A stretch of 64,000 nucleotides of DNA from an uncultured delta proteobacterium (GTDB lineage: Bacteria > Desulfobacterota > RBG-13-43-22): positions 1-64,000 of the forward strand of contig CAWJJC010000013.1 of assembly GCA_963843145.1 (NCBI GenBank), given 5' to 3'. Below the pieces are notes generated by a model. That model was given only the letters and a program-made list of their open reading frames with translations. It ran no database searches and was not told the DNA's origin. Positions 31,401 through 40,492 of this stretch are shown piece by piece (the first letter of the stretch is position 1; each line of letters begins with the position of its first letter). The translations under genes and the position numbers were made by a program.

Positions 31401-32690
31401 GCGTTCATACAGAAAATTGGGGGCCCGTTTCTGTCCCAACTGGACGTATTCCGGATAGGTCAGGAGGGGGTCCGAGAGCCCCCTAGATTTTTTCTCCAAG
31501 ATCCGCCCTATCTCCAGCAGCGCCAGCCCCTGTTCTTTCCGCCACAGGCCCTCATCGGTAGTAAGACTCCGGGCCAGCCCTTCCAGACCGGCGAACCCGG
31601 TCTTGCTTTGTAGAAAGGCCTGAATCCTAGGCGCGGTTTCGAGGTTGACCAAACCGAGCAGCCCTTCCTTTAATTCCAGCACCCGGTCCCGCAACAGGGG
31701 CCCCTGGAGGTAGGCCTGGGAAAGGCTCTTCCATCGTTCCAGCCGGAGCACCGGTTTGGCCCCCTTGATAATGGATCGGACTTCCTCCCAGACCAGTTCG
31801 GCATCGTACCGGCTGGACAAGCGGTGATTTCGGAAGAGGACCTCAAATTCACGCAACCGGACTTCCCGGTCCGGGTGGAATGACCCAATCGCCGGGCCGA
31901 GAAGATCCCGAAGGAGGTCCCGGAAGACGCAAAAGTCCGGTCGTAAGTTGGAGTCTTCCAAGCCGGTCCGCACCGTCAGCCCGTCATAGAGGCGCCGGCT
32001 GAAATCCCTCAGAAAAGGGTTGTAGGTCAAAAATAGTTTTCGGTGCCCGGCAAACTCCGGTTTAAGCAGATAGTAGACCGCCAGGGTGGTCTTGCCGCTT
32101 CCAGCGGTACCCGAAATAAGGACCGGCGGGGAGGCTTCCAGCACCCGGGCCTGCTCTTCGGTCAAATAAAGAAACAGCTCCAGGTCATCCGGTTTCCCCG
32201 CCTGGCGAAGCCGCTCCCATTCCTCCTCGTTCAGAATTAGCCACCGCTGGGGCCCGTAGTCGTCCGGCACCTGCGCTTCGATGGCCTCTTGGCTGTAGGC
32301 CGCGGCGGGCAATTCCTCCAGGATGACCTCCGGGTATTCTTCCTGGGTTTCCGGAGCAAAATCCAGGAAGGGGGCGTTTTCAGGCAAGATTCGCCGGGCC
32401 GTCCGGTTGACTTCGTCATGGCCGATCAGCCCCCAGAGATAGACGGCCGTCTGGGAACCCTTCCGGCCCAGGGTGAAAAGCATCCGGTCCGACCGGGAAA
32501 ACCGGGCCTCAAAAACGACCCTCCCGGAGCTGCCTTTCAGCTTCTTGACCCGCAGTCCGGCGTCCCACAGGCCGGCCCGCAGAAACTCCAGTTTTTCAGT
32601 CAGCCTTTCTTTTTCCCTGGCGCCGAGCGACGGCAGGGCCTTTTTAAGGCATTCATTGAGTAGCAAAATATATTTTTGCCCGGACATCAC
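28461..32690 (-). CDS. RelE-like N-domain + SF1 (UvrD-like) helicase + TPR array protein (TRANK1-like), 1409 aa
   Basis: GTAGSGKT, DEVQD, AGDTKQII, NFR, TIQEAKGLEFD, LYVAITRAR; long A/G-rich TPR-like helical C-half; N-terminal KKL-EAR-DR-HD pattern. Confidence 0.85.
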   Translation of the reverse strand: MMSGQKYILLLNECLKKALPSLGAREKERLTEKLEFLRAGLWDAGLRVKKLKGSSGRVVFEARFSRSDRMLFTLGRKGSQTAVYLWGLIGHDEVNRTARRILPENAPFLDFAPETQEEYPEVILEELPAAAYSQEAIEAQVPDDYGPQRWLILNEEEWERLRQAGKPDDLELFLYLTEEQARVLEASPPVLISGTAGSGKTTLAVYYLLKPEFAGHRKLFLTYNPFLRDFSRRLYDGLTVRTGLEDSNLRPDFCVFRDLLRDLLGPAIGSFHPDREVRLREFEVLFRNHRLSSRYDAELVWEEVRSIIKGAKPVLRLERWKSLSQAYLQGPLLRDRVLELKEGLLGLVNLETAPRIQAFLQSKTGFAGLEGLARSLTTDEGLWRKEQGLALLEIGRILEKKSRGLSDPLLTYPEYVQLGQKRAPNFLYERRELYDIATYYQGKLEEQGLWDEIDLCRRVLGRLGQGSDSRTPYDLVVCDEVQDFADVQLALIFRLAGSPENVVLAGDTKQIINPSGFRWEEVRNKFFERGIQVPRVHSLRINFRCVGSVVKLANALLDLKQRLIGLSGSEIREEWKFNGRPPFLLTVREEREILSQLRMQAAGQVILVRDREEQTRLKQSLGTELIFTIQEAKGLEFDTVLVWKFSADPKSVPLWRRLRNGSDFGRSGRPHLRHEINLLYVAITRARNILIVYDPGGEIWDLPELDELLFPTSDPEALAQLWHRVSSPKEWADQGDYFLEREYYPAALECYKNAGRLDRAEIAQAFVWEQRKKFQEAAPLFEKHGYWPQAGACFERSGLWEPALRIWEKLKDREKMALCRIALYEQRGDHDLAAEEWLRRKEIVKALENWRKAGNYQRLGEYLAADKKYSEAAEAFVAGRLYDQAAALFKKLKKLNRAADLFYQAGNWAEAAVLYKRLKNPARLLECYVKGGDDYRAALLYEKGGDLAGAMEAFTRFARTGKDQADLVKAEANQAVFKNNLLKAAVRSFALGQYRESADFFFKKRVYNLALPQYQALKVHEKAAECFYALKEYYQAALEIEQSALPDKWERAAEFLSFHLGEGRQEARTELKLLQEGEQFLKDGALERALVRFKTVNAPDLVREAYHRTGRDQEALDYFLRDNRWEDAGRYVAEAAGLKITPTFLQTILNKYLKTGEYYHLRLRTQVFVAELLGRLLGQGGKEQWRPAVEQFISTIPFWGSSPPAPVLDFLLQTRYYNGLFEVVREGKLFGRSISPVVKKFLAELKRLAGREKDPELLACVQFYQDQDLFEASLDRLELTGWNYKLFGASSRHYLQAVEFLLGERKIEEAVSLARRNHDFRIAGHILEKAGSYSEAGRAYRDGGHYEEALRCFKSAGDEQGEARVYERMDLLEEALAIWIKRGKRREAARLQKKLDKRKFPDSQLSLFK

Positions 32691-32886
32691 CGCTTCCTCT
32701 CACCCAAACCCAACCTCCTAACAGAAATCTCAGGAGGTCTCAACTACCTTTATAGTCACAACCGGAACGGATTGGAAAGAAAATAAGCGGCTCATCCAGG
32801 CCGTCCATTCGGGAGGGTTGCCCCTTTCCTCCCCGGGATAATCCCAAAGGATCGAGGTCTGGGACATAGTAATTTGCCCTTGACAT

Positions 32887-32919
32887 TGATCATGAAACTG
32901 GCATCCTTTTACATGATCA
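32887..32919. promoter_or_regulatory. Inverted repeat operator next to TTGACA upstream of an antitoxin
   Basis: tgatcatg (32887-32894) and catgatca (32912-32919). Confidence 0.5.
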
Positions 32920-32941
32920 TTAAAGGGGGAGAGTTTCCGTC

Positions 32942-33214
32942 ATGTCCAACCTACAGATAAAAGGGATCGATGAGGAGCTTTATGGCCGGATTAAGGAAAT
33001 GGCCAATGCGGAAAATCGTTCCCTGAGCCAGCAGATCCTTTTCCTGGTCAAGAAGTATCTGGCTAAACGAAAAAAAATCCGGTCCGCCAAATCCCCCGCT
33101 CAGGTCCTTCTGGACCTCTCCGGCTCCTGGGACGATGAACGGGAACCAGAGGAAATCATCAAGGAGATCAAGCAGAATCGACGAAATTCCCGAAAATTAG
33201 AAGAGGGCTGGTGA
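32942..33214 (+). CDS. FitA/Arc-like RHH antitoxin
   Basis: MSNLQIKGIDEELY...AENRSLSQQI; LSGSWDD; overlaps a PIN gene. Confidence 0.8.
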   Translation: MSNLQIKGIDEELYGRIKEMANAENRSLSQQILFLVKKYLAKRKKIRSAKSPAQVLLDLSGSWDDEREPEEIIKEIKQNRRNSRKLEEGW

Positions 33215-33399
33215 TGTACCTCCTCGATACGGACACGGTCATTTTTTCACTGAAAGGGCATCCGGTTGTCCAGGAACACCTGCGGCGCCGCCTGAACGAT
33301 CCACTTCAGATAAGCATAGTCACTTGCATGGAACTCTACTACGGGGCCTATAAATCCCAACGGGTGACCAGTAACCTGGCTACGGATCGAAGGACTTAA
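33211..33399 (+). pseudogene. vapC: Truncated VapC (PIN) toxin, N-terminal half only
   Basis: YLLDTDTVI and ISIVTCMELYYGAYKS; stops at 62 aa before the C-terminal acidic residues. Confidence 0.8.
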
Positions 33400-33446
33400 G
33401 GTCGTCAATTGGATACAACCGGCCCCGGTGTGAGTAAGAAACTGGA

Positions 33447-34625
33447 GTGTCTATGAAGAAGACAAGGATTTTCAAAGGTTCGGTCGCGCTGGCCTCCCTC
33501 CGTACGCAGCGGGGGTCGGCGGGCCTTCGGTTGCTGGTGGTGATTCTGGCCTTGGCAGCGCTCTGGTGGTACAAGCCCTGGGAGGGGATGTTCGGCCAGC
33601 CGGATGCCTCGCGCATGGACGTCGTACCCCGGACGGTGACGGCGCGAGGGTCGCTGGCCGAGGACGAACAGAACAACATCGCGGTATTTAAGAACGTCTC
33701 CCCTTCGGTGGTGCACATCACCACCCTGGAAACGGCCCGTAATTTTTTCTCCCTGGACATCATGCAGATTCCCAGGGGCACCGGCACCGGCTTTATCTGG
33801 GACGACCGGGGGAACGTGGTCACCAATTTCCACGTCATCCAGGCCGGCCAATCGGCGCGGGTCACGCTGGCCGACCAGACCACCTGGAAGGCCGCTTTAG
33901 TCGGCGCCTTCCCGGACCGCGACCTGGCGGTCCTGCGTATCGCCGCGCCTAAGGAGAAACTTAAGCCCATCTTGATAGGAAGGAGCGGCGATCTTCAGGT
34001 CGGACAAAAAGTCTATGCCATCGGCAATCCTTTCGGGTTGGACCAGACGCTGACCAGCGGAATCATCAGCGCCTTGGACCGCGAAATCGAATCGGCCACC
34101 CAACGCTCTATCCGCGGTGTGATTCAGACCGATGCCGCCATCAATCCCGGCAATTCGGGCGGTCCGCTGCTGGACTCCGCCGGCCGGCTGATCGGGGTCA
34201 ACACCGCCATCTACAGCCCGTCGGGCGCCTCCGCCGGCATCGGCTTCGCCATTCCGGTGGACGAAGTAAACCGCATCGTGCCGCGGCTGATCCGAGACGG
34301 AAAATTCATCCGTCCGGCGCTGGGCATCCAGGCGGCGACGAAGTCGTTTCAGGATTCGCTCGGTCTACCCAAGGGCGTCGCGGTGATGGGCGTGGTTCCC
34401 AACAGCCCGGCGCAGCAGGCGGGCCTTCAACCCTTCAAACGCGCCCCGGACGGCAGTCTGGTGGTAGGCGATGTCATTGTCGCCCTGAACGGCAAACCGA
34501 TTGCTTCGTTTGATGAGCTGCTGAACGTCCTGGAGCAGCATCAGGCCGGCGATACCGTGACCCTCTCGATCCTCCGCGGGGACAAACGCAGGGAGCAGCC
34601 GGTCCGCTTGGGTCTGCCGGGTTGA
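33447..34625 (+). CDS. HtrA/DegP-family serine protease with one PDZ domain
   Basis: GTGFIWD, TNFHV, DLAVL, IQTDAAINPGNSGGPL; C-terminal PDZ. Confidence 0.95.
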   Translation: MSMKKTRIFKGSVALASLRTQRGSAGLRLLVVILALAALWWYKPWEGMFGQPDASRMDVVPRTVTARGSLAEDEQNNIAVFKNVSPSVVHITTLETARNFFSLDIMQIPRGTGTGFIWDDRGNVVTNFHVIQAGQSARVTLADQTTWKAALVGAFPDRDLAVLRIAAPKEKLKPILIGRSGDLQVGQKVYAIGNPFGLDQTLTSGIISALDREIESATQRSIRGVIQTDAAINPGNSGGPLLDSAGRLIGVNTAIYSPSGASAGIGFAIPVDEVNRIVPRLIRDGKFIRPALGIQAATKSFQDSLGLPKGVAVMGVVPNSPAQQAGLQPFKRAPDGSLVVGDVIVALNGKPIASFDELLNVLEQHQAGDTVTLSILRGDKRREQPVRLGLPG

Positions 34626-34680
34626 AGATCCGCGCTGTCTCGAGCGACGAGGGGTCTAATCCCCTCACCCGGCAGATAGA

Positions 34681-34938
34681 TTAGGGATGGTGTAAGATAT
34701 CGTGAGTACCCACTTTTCTTAAAAGGTAGATATCTTTTTCAATTTGGAAGGTAAAGCGATCGACGGCGGTGACCCGGCATTCCCAAATATTTCGCGGATC
34801 ATGCATCTTCTTAAGATTTAAGGAGGGGTGCTGGGGATTTGATAATAATAGTTCAAGCTGTTTATCTACGGATTTTTGGATTTTGGAGGACAGCTTCCGA
34901 TAATCCTGGACAAAGTGATGGGTAAAGGCCAATTTCAT
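34681..34938 (-). CDS. RelE/ParE-superfamily toxin
   Basis: HPSLNLKKM, WECRV, DRFTF, VGTHD; overlaps the antitoxin. Confidence 0.8.
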   Translation of the reverse strand: MKLAFTHHFVQDYRKLSSKIQKSVDKQLELLLSNPQHPSLNLKKMHDPRNIWECRVTAVDRFTFQIEKDIYLLRKVGTHDILHHP

Positions 34939-35219
34939 ATTTTGGCGGTTTTAAGGGCTTTCAGGCCTTTCCGGAGGTTTTCAAAAGGCCCTAACACTTT
35001 GCCTCTAGCAATAGCCTCGTCTGCCAGAGCTTCACAGGCCTGCCACTCTTTGGTGAAAAAGTAAGCCTGGTCGGGATGAACCATCTTGACCGGCTTCAAG
35101 ACCAGCTCGCCATCTTGATTTTCAACTTCCAGATAATCGCCAACGGCAATATTGAGAGCCTTTCTTAGCTCGATAGGAATGGTAACCTGGAAATTTTTTT
35201 TAACCTTGACTAAAGACAT
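34935..35219 (-). CDS. AbrB/MazE-family antitoxin
   Basis: VKVKKNFQVTIPIELRKALNIAVGDYL; DQAYFFTKEWQ. Confidence 0.85.
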   Translation of the reverse strand: MSLVKVKKNFQVTIPIELRKALNIAVGDYLEVENQDGELVLKPVKMVHPDQAYFFTKEWQACEALADEAIARGKVLGPFENLRKGLKALKTAKI

Positions 35220-35358
35220 TTCATTTACCCCTGCTTCTTGTTTCAAATTGCAAAATTTACGATTTTAGAAATTTGTAATTTATAATATCATTTTAGCAAA
35301 TGCCCTTTTGCTCTGGCCACAAGTTTTTTCTGAAAAGCTGAGGGCCGCTGTCGATGTC

Positions 35359-35429
35359 GTCACCCCGGTCCCGCGATCCGCGGGATAAACTCCAGTCGGG
35401 ATCCAGACTTGCCTAACCTGGATTCCGGC
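35359..35429. repeat. Degenerate REP-like palindrome
   Basis: gtcaccccgg...gggatccag...ctggattccggc. Confidence 0.55.
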
Positions 35430-35541
35430 TGAGGTTCACTATCAAGAATAAAGGCTTGACTTAACGGCACTGGGTTGGACCCTAAAATAGAACAACCAGC
35501 CCGAATCAAAAGCCGAACCGGTTCCGGCGAAGGGAGGACCA

Positions 35542-36072
35542 ATGGGGGTGCTGGATAAAATCGAGAAAAACGATATCCGGGACCTGCTCGGCAAGGGCTG
35601 GCTGACCCATGACGGGTTGTGGTTTTTCCACACCTGCCGGGAATTGGGTATCGAAAGAGCCAACACCTTGAACCTGGCGGCCATAAAATCCCTCGCACCC
35701 ATCGAGGTCGAGCGGGCCAAACGGATCCTGGGGATGGGCCAGGAGAAGATCCAGGACTTTGACCGGCTCATGGACTTCCTGCTCGCGGCCCTGGAATTGA
35801 CGCTGCCTGCTTCGGTCTTCAAGAAGTGCTCCTTCATTTCGCCAGCTAAAGACGTAATCCGCTGGGAATGGGAGAAAGGGCAATGCTTCGCCTACAAGGG
35901 GATGAAACAGATCGGGGCGATCGATGGCTACCGCTGCGGGGTGATGTACCGGATTGAATGCTGGCTGGAAGCGTTGGGGATCGAATTCTCGATGCACCCC
36001 AGGATCGACGGGTGTCTCATGCATGAAAAGGGTGCCTGTGAGGGGGAAATTCGAGTCTTTCTCCACGGCTGA
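35542..36072 (+). CDS. DUF6125-like conserved hypothetical protein
   Basis: KGWLTHDGLWF motif; conserved Cys (QCFA, YRCG, GCL, ACE); RBS ggagg. Confidence 0.7.
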   Translation: MGVLDKIEKNDIRDLLGKGWLTHDGLWFFHTCRELGIERANTLNLAAIKSLAPIEVERAKRILGMGQEKIQDFDRLMDFLLAALELTLPASVFKKCSFISPAKDVIRWEWEKGQCFAYKGMKQIGAIDGYRCGVMYRIECWLEALGIEFSMHPRIDGCLMHEKGACEGEIRVFLHG

Positions 36073-36600
36073 AAAGCAAGTCTAACTCAAACGAGAGCCC
36101 GATTCGGCGCTGGAGACAGGGATGTTAATCGGGAGCGTTTGTGCCCTTTTGGCCAGTCTTCGGACTTAGGTGGTTGAAACGATCCTGAAAAACCAAATAA
36201 AATGGCGACCAATATTCCTTCAAGAGATTCGTTGACATTTGGAATGATTTTTGTAGGATATGATAAATTCTAGAGCCCGGGCCGGGATTGGTAACATAAA
36301 TTATTATTGACTGGGGCGCTGGAAAACACCGGGTTGGAGGAATTCAGAATAAACAGTAGCGGAATAAGCAACTGGGTCGCATATCGGAGGGCCATCGCCC
36401 AGGATGTGGATCTCGATTTTAACCAAAGGATATTGAACACCCGACCCATCAAATCCATTTTACTGACGTGCAAAAATACGCTCCTTGCGTGTGGCCGACC
36501 TAGACTTTACAAAAGGGATCGAACGAATTTCCAGACACAATATTTAGGCTTTACATTTTGTTGAAACAACCACCACGCAGATATCTCGGGAGGCCAATCG

Positions 36601-37829
36601 ATGCCGCAACTATTAGGTATACGTGTCAAGAACTTTAAGTCACTCCGGAGTGTGAGCCTCGGACAGGTCGGTTACGGGCAAGGCGAAGCCTTACCCCCTC
36701 TAAGTTGCTTTATCGGCCCAAACGGATGCGGAAAATCAAGCTGACTGGACGCGTTTGGGTTCCTCTCCGATTGCTTAAGAGAAGGAGTCGAGGTAGCCTG
36801 TGATAAACCTCAAAAGAGGTGGTTTTGGGAGGCTGCGAACTCAAGTATTTCCATTGATCCATTGAATTTGACCTTTACTATAGAGAGAGTTAAGCGCCCG
36901 ACCAATCACTTATAACTTCGAAGTAGCAGAATTCAATGGTGTTCCATTCGTCCTTCGTGAACATCTTCGCCAACGCCGCAAAGGACAGAAGCATGGTCAA
37001 CCATTCACCTTTCTCCGCTTGGAAAGGGGAAAGGGAGTCGTATGGGCCGGGGATAAGACAGAAGATGAAGAGGGCGCAACCCAACTGGAAATCAAGCTCG
37101 AGGATAACGATCGACTTGGTATCACAACGCTCGGCCAACTGTCGGAACATCCGCGCATAGTGGGGCTGGCGAGTCATATCTGAGTTGGTATCTCGTCCTA
37201 TTTCGTCCCTGATGCGGCACTGACGACTCCCCCCGCAGGTGCACAGAAACATCTTGATCGTACCGGGGAAAACCTCTAAATGTAGTACAGTATCTGGAAA
37301 GAAACCATAGGGATCGTTTGAGAGTATCCTAGAGCGAATCCGAAAGCGGATACCTGGAATAGAGAGGATTAAGCCCGAGAAAAGCCAGGACGGTCGTCTT
37401 CTCTCTGAGATTCAACGAACGAGGCTACGAGGATCCAACTTTTTTCAGCATAGTATGTCTGATGGGACATTAAAGATGTTTGCTTATTTGTTGCTTCTTG
37501 AAGGATCCTGAGCCCCCGGGCATTTATCGGCATCGAGGAACCAGAGAATGGACTCTATCATAGATTGGTCGAGCAACTCGCCCGAGAATTTAGGCGATAC
37601 GCTGAGAAATCCAAAGGAAAGATCCAGGCGCTCATCACCACGCATTCTCCTCAGTTCGTAGATGCCTTGAGCCCTGAAACAGGTATGGCTTATGGAGAAG
37701 GATGATAAAGGATTTACACAGGTGAAGAGAATCGGCGGACATGCCGGTAATCAGCGCTCTAGACGAAGAAGGTATACCTCTCGGCAGCCTTTGGATAGCA
37801 ATCATTTTGAAGAGAGGTTTGAAGGATGA
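36601..37829 (+). pseudogene. ABC/AAA_21-type ATPase, disrupted by an in-frame stop and multiple frameshifts
   Basis: IRVKNFKSL, Walker A GPNGCGKS followed by TGA 36742; MSDGTLKMFAYLLLL, IEEPENGLYH and TTHSP occur in shifting frames. Confidence 0.85.
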
Positions 37830-38455
37830 GGATTCACATTCTCGTTGAAGGTCCATCAGAAAGGGCTTTTCTAGAAGGATGGCTGCCGAGATTCCTCCCC
37901 CCTCAACACTCATTTAGAATTATCCCGCACAGAGGAAAAGGAAAGGTTCCTGACCACCCATCAAGAAACCAGATCCAAAACGCCAAGGTCTCCTTGATCA
38001 ATTGCCTGCTAAATAAGGGCCTACGGGCAGGGAGCGAGACCTGATGCGGATAGAATTCTTGTACTCATCGATTTAGATCATGATGATTGTTTTGATCTCA
38101 AAAGCCGTATGGTCGACCTGCTCAACTATTGCAGTCCTCCGCCTGTAGCTCTCTTCAGAATAGCGATCGAGGAAACTGAAGCTTTCTATCTTGGTGATAA
38201 ATCTGCCATCCGCAGTGCTTTTCCAAGGTCTTAGGCTATCAAAGATGGATCTCCTATATCCAAGACAGTATCTGCGCCACATGGGAACTATTTCGAGAAG
38301 TAATTGGAGAATCAGCCGACGATAAGGTAAAATGGGCCAAACTAATGGGTACCCATCTGGCAACAGAGTGGAAAGGTGTCTCTGCAAACAGCTCTAAGTC
38401 ATTTCGGCAGTTCTGCAAGGGAATACTGAAACTTGCAGGGGAAGCAATTGATTAA
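37826..38455 (+). pseudogene. DUF4276-family (TOPRIM-like) protein, frameshifted
   Basis: MRIHILVEGPSERAFL, HRGK, DLDHDD, AIEETEAFYLGD, NSSKSFRQF; ATGA overlap with the ATPase. Confidence 0.8.
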
Positions 38456-38684
38456 AATTAAGGGATTCGGGCAGACGGGCCGGATTAGATGATTGATGAT
38501 CTCACATAACGTCAACGGACACATTAAAGGACGTGATAAAATAATCCAGTTTTTGGAAGTGCCCCATGCCTGAAGCGAAGAAATAGAATTACGCATCCGC
38601 GTTTAAGAAAGAGAGCGATCAAGGCGTTGCAGAGACACGGCTACCCGTGGCGGAAGGTCAGCCTTGATCGCCGCCGTTAGGCTT

Positions 38685-38878
38685 CATATGAAATGATCCT
38701 TCTCCTCCAGTGTGGAGTTCCCATTTAAATATTCCGGCCACTGTTCCAATTCCTTGCCCATACCCTCCTCGGCCATAGCCTTCTCCTTAACCGGATCAAG
38801 CTTCGCACATTCCCTGGCCAAGCGGTTTCTTTCAAGTTTTTTTAGTTTTTTTTCCATGGCATTCTGAATGGCTTTACC
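38685..38878 (-). pseudogene. C-terminal half of a CopG-type (MazF-associated) antitoxin
   Basis: [28 protein letters not shown]...EQWPEY; no RHH N-terminus. Confidence 0.65.
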
Positions 38879-39391
38879 TCAGTAGAAGAGTTGTCCTTCA
38901 ACGACGCGATCCGAATCGTCAATCAAAACTCCCTCCATTTTCAGCAAAACCCGTTTCATTTCAACCCCGCCCTGAAAACCACCGAGGGTTCCGTCGGAAC
39001 GGATGGCCCGGTGACAGGGGACGATGATGGGAAAAGGGTTATGAGCCAGGACGGTGCCGACGGCCCTGGCAGCCTGCGGATGGCCCAAGTACCCGGCGAT
39101 CCGCTGATAGGTGCTCACCTTTCCCCGGGGAATTCCATGCTCCGCCCGCAAGACCTGCTGCTGAAAGGGAGAGCATAGATCGAGGCGGGTGACGTCGAGG
39201 GAGAAGCGCAAGTCCTCTCCGGCCAGAAAGGCCGGGATCCGGTCGGCCACCCTATCGATCTCGGCAGACGAAGAAGCGCTGGAATCCGGAAACAAGGTTC
39301 TGATCGTCTGTTTGGCCGAAACCCCGGGCCGGGAAAGCAGGACGCGCAGGATCTTCGGCTGCCCTTGGTGGACCGACCAGAGGATGGCCAC
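38879..39391 (-). CDS. ogt: Methylated-DNA-protein-cysteine methyltransferase, copy 1 (start uncertain)
   Basis: IPRGKVSTY, ARAVG, NPFPIIVPCHR active site. Confidence 0.88.
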   Translation of the reverse strand: MAILWSVHQGQPKILRVLLSRPGVSAKQTIRTLFPDSSASSSAEIDRVADRIPAFLAGEDLRFSLDVTRLDLCSPFQQQVLRAEHGIPRGKVSTYQRIAGYLGHPQAARAVGTVLAHNPFPIIVPCHRAIRSDGTLGGFQGGVEMKRVLLKMEGVLIDDSDRVVEGQLFY

Positions 39392-39454
39392 CGGACCGAA
39401 ACGGCTTTCGCGAAAGTGGTGGAAGCTATGGGCTGTTTCTATTTTTTTAATGCG

Positions 39455-39712
39455 TTAGGCACTCTTTTTCTGAAAATCCGGGGTATGAATGATTCCCAGC
39501 AGACCATCGACCGAGAGGTCCTCATCCAGCAGGGGCCAGTGGATTCCGTATCCGGAGGGGGAGATTTCAAAGTTGTTCCGTTCCTCTTCCGAGGCCCCGG
39601 AGAGTGCGGAAGAAATCTCCCGAATTAAGAATTTTTTTTCCTCTCCGTTAAAGGTAAGGACTAACCAGTCTCCCTGGAATTGAAGATTAGTGAGCCGATG
39701 ATATTGGGTCAT
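39455..39712 (-). CDS. DUF2442-family protein (TA pair with DUF4160)
   Basis: ERNNFEISPSGYGIHWPLLDEDLSVDGLL. Confidence 0.85.
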   Translation of the reverse strand: MTQYHRLTNLQFQGDWLVLTFNGEEKKFLIREISSALSGASEEERNNFEISPSGYGIHWPLLDEDLSVDGLLGIIHTPDFQKKSA

Positions 39713-39966
39713 GACCGCCGTCTCCTCTGAAATTCTTCCCACTGCTCCTCGATGTACTCAAAATGCCCGAAAATTATTTTTCTGATTTCCCGCTTGTCTT
39801 TTGAAGACAGGTTAAAGGCAAAAGCTTCCTGAATTTCAAAAGTTTCGCTGTTTAGCCAATACTTGCATTCCAACTCTCCCTTGCGGCAATGGACATGAAT
39901 GGGTTCTTGGCCCTCATTGGAGTAGAAAAAAAGTCTCCATCCCAGGATCATGAGAATGGTCGGCAT
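39709..39966 (-). CDS. DUF4160-family protein
   Basis: MPTI...FFYSNEGQEPIHVH, KYWL. Confidence 0.88.
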   Translation of the reverse strand: MPTILMILGWRLFFYSNEGQEPIHVHCRKGELECKYWLNSETFEIQEAFAFNLSSKDKREIRKIIFGHFEYIEEQWEEFQRRRRS

Positions 39967-40079
39967 GAATTAATCCCTTTTCAGAATCTAAGTATATATT
40001 TTACTCTATTTGATTGCAAAAAAGAATAGCTATGTTGGCCTAGGCCGCCTGCGCATTGCCCCGATGTCCGGCGATCCGC

Positions 40080-40367
40080 TTAGCCACAGCGCATTAATAA
40101 TTGGGCCGCCGGCAGGAGAAAGCAGTTGCCGGGGAACATTTCACTTTTGGCGCTCTGGGCGACAATCTGATAAAAGGGGACCCCCAATTTCCGGCTGAAA
40201 TAGCGGCCCGAGGCGCTGATTGTCGCATCCGATTTTTTGGCCTCAAAAAGGGCCAGCGGGCGATTGTCCTTGATCAACAGAAAATCCACCTCTCGCTTTT
40301 CTTTGTCCCTCACATAGCGGATCTCAAAGGACCCCAACCCCGTTTCCGTTCTATGTAAATTAGTCAA
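40080..40367 (-). pseudogene. C-terminal DUF4143 fragment of an AAA_14 ATP-binding protein
   Basis: RYVRDKEKREVDFLL...LFEAK; no ATPase domain upstream. Confidence 0.7.
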
Positions 40368-40492
40368 GACTATTTTATATAGGTGTGTAATAAAGTCATA
40401 TTCTACTGAAACTCCAGTTCTTCTCCCTACTTCAAGGACGAATTGCTTCGGAAGCGAAAAGAGGAAACGTTCCCAAAGAGCCCATCCAAAGG

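Noticed and set aside
36742-36744. In-frame TGA as selenocysteine or recoding
   Set aside because: It falls at a hydrophobic position after Walker A, not a Cys position, and the gene has many other lesions.
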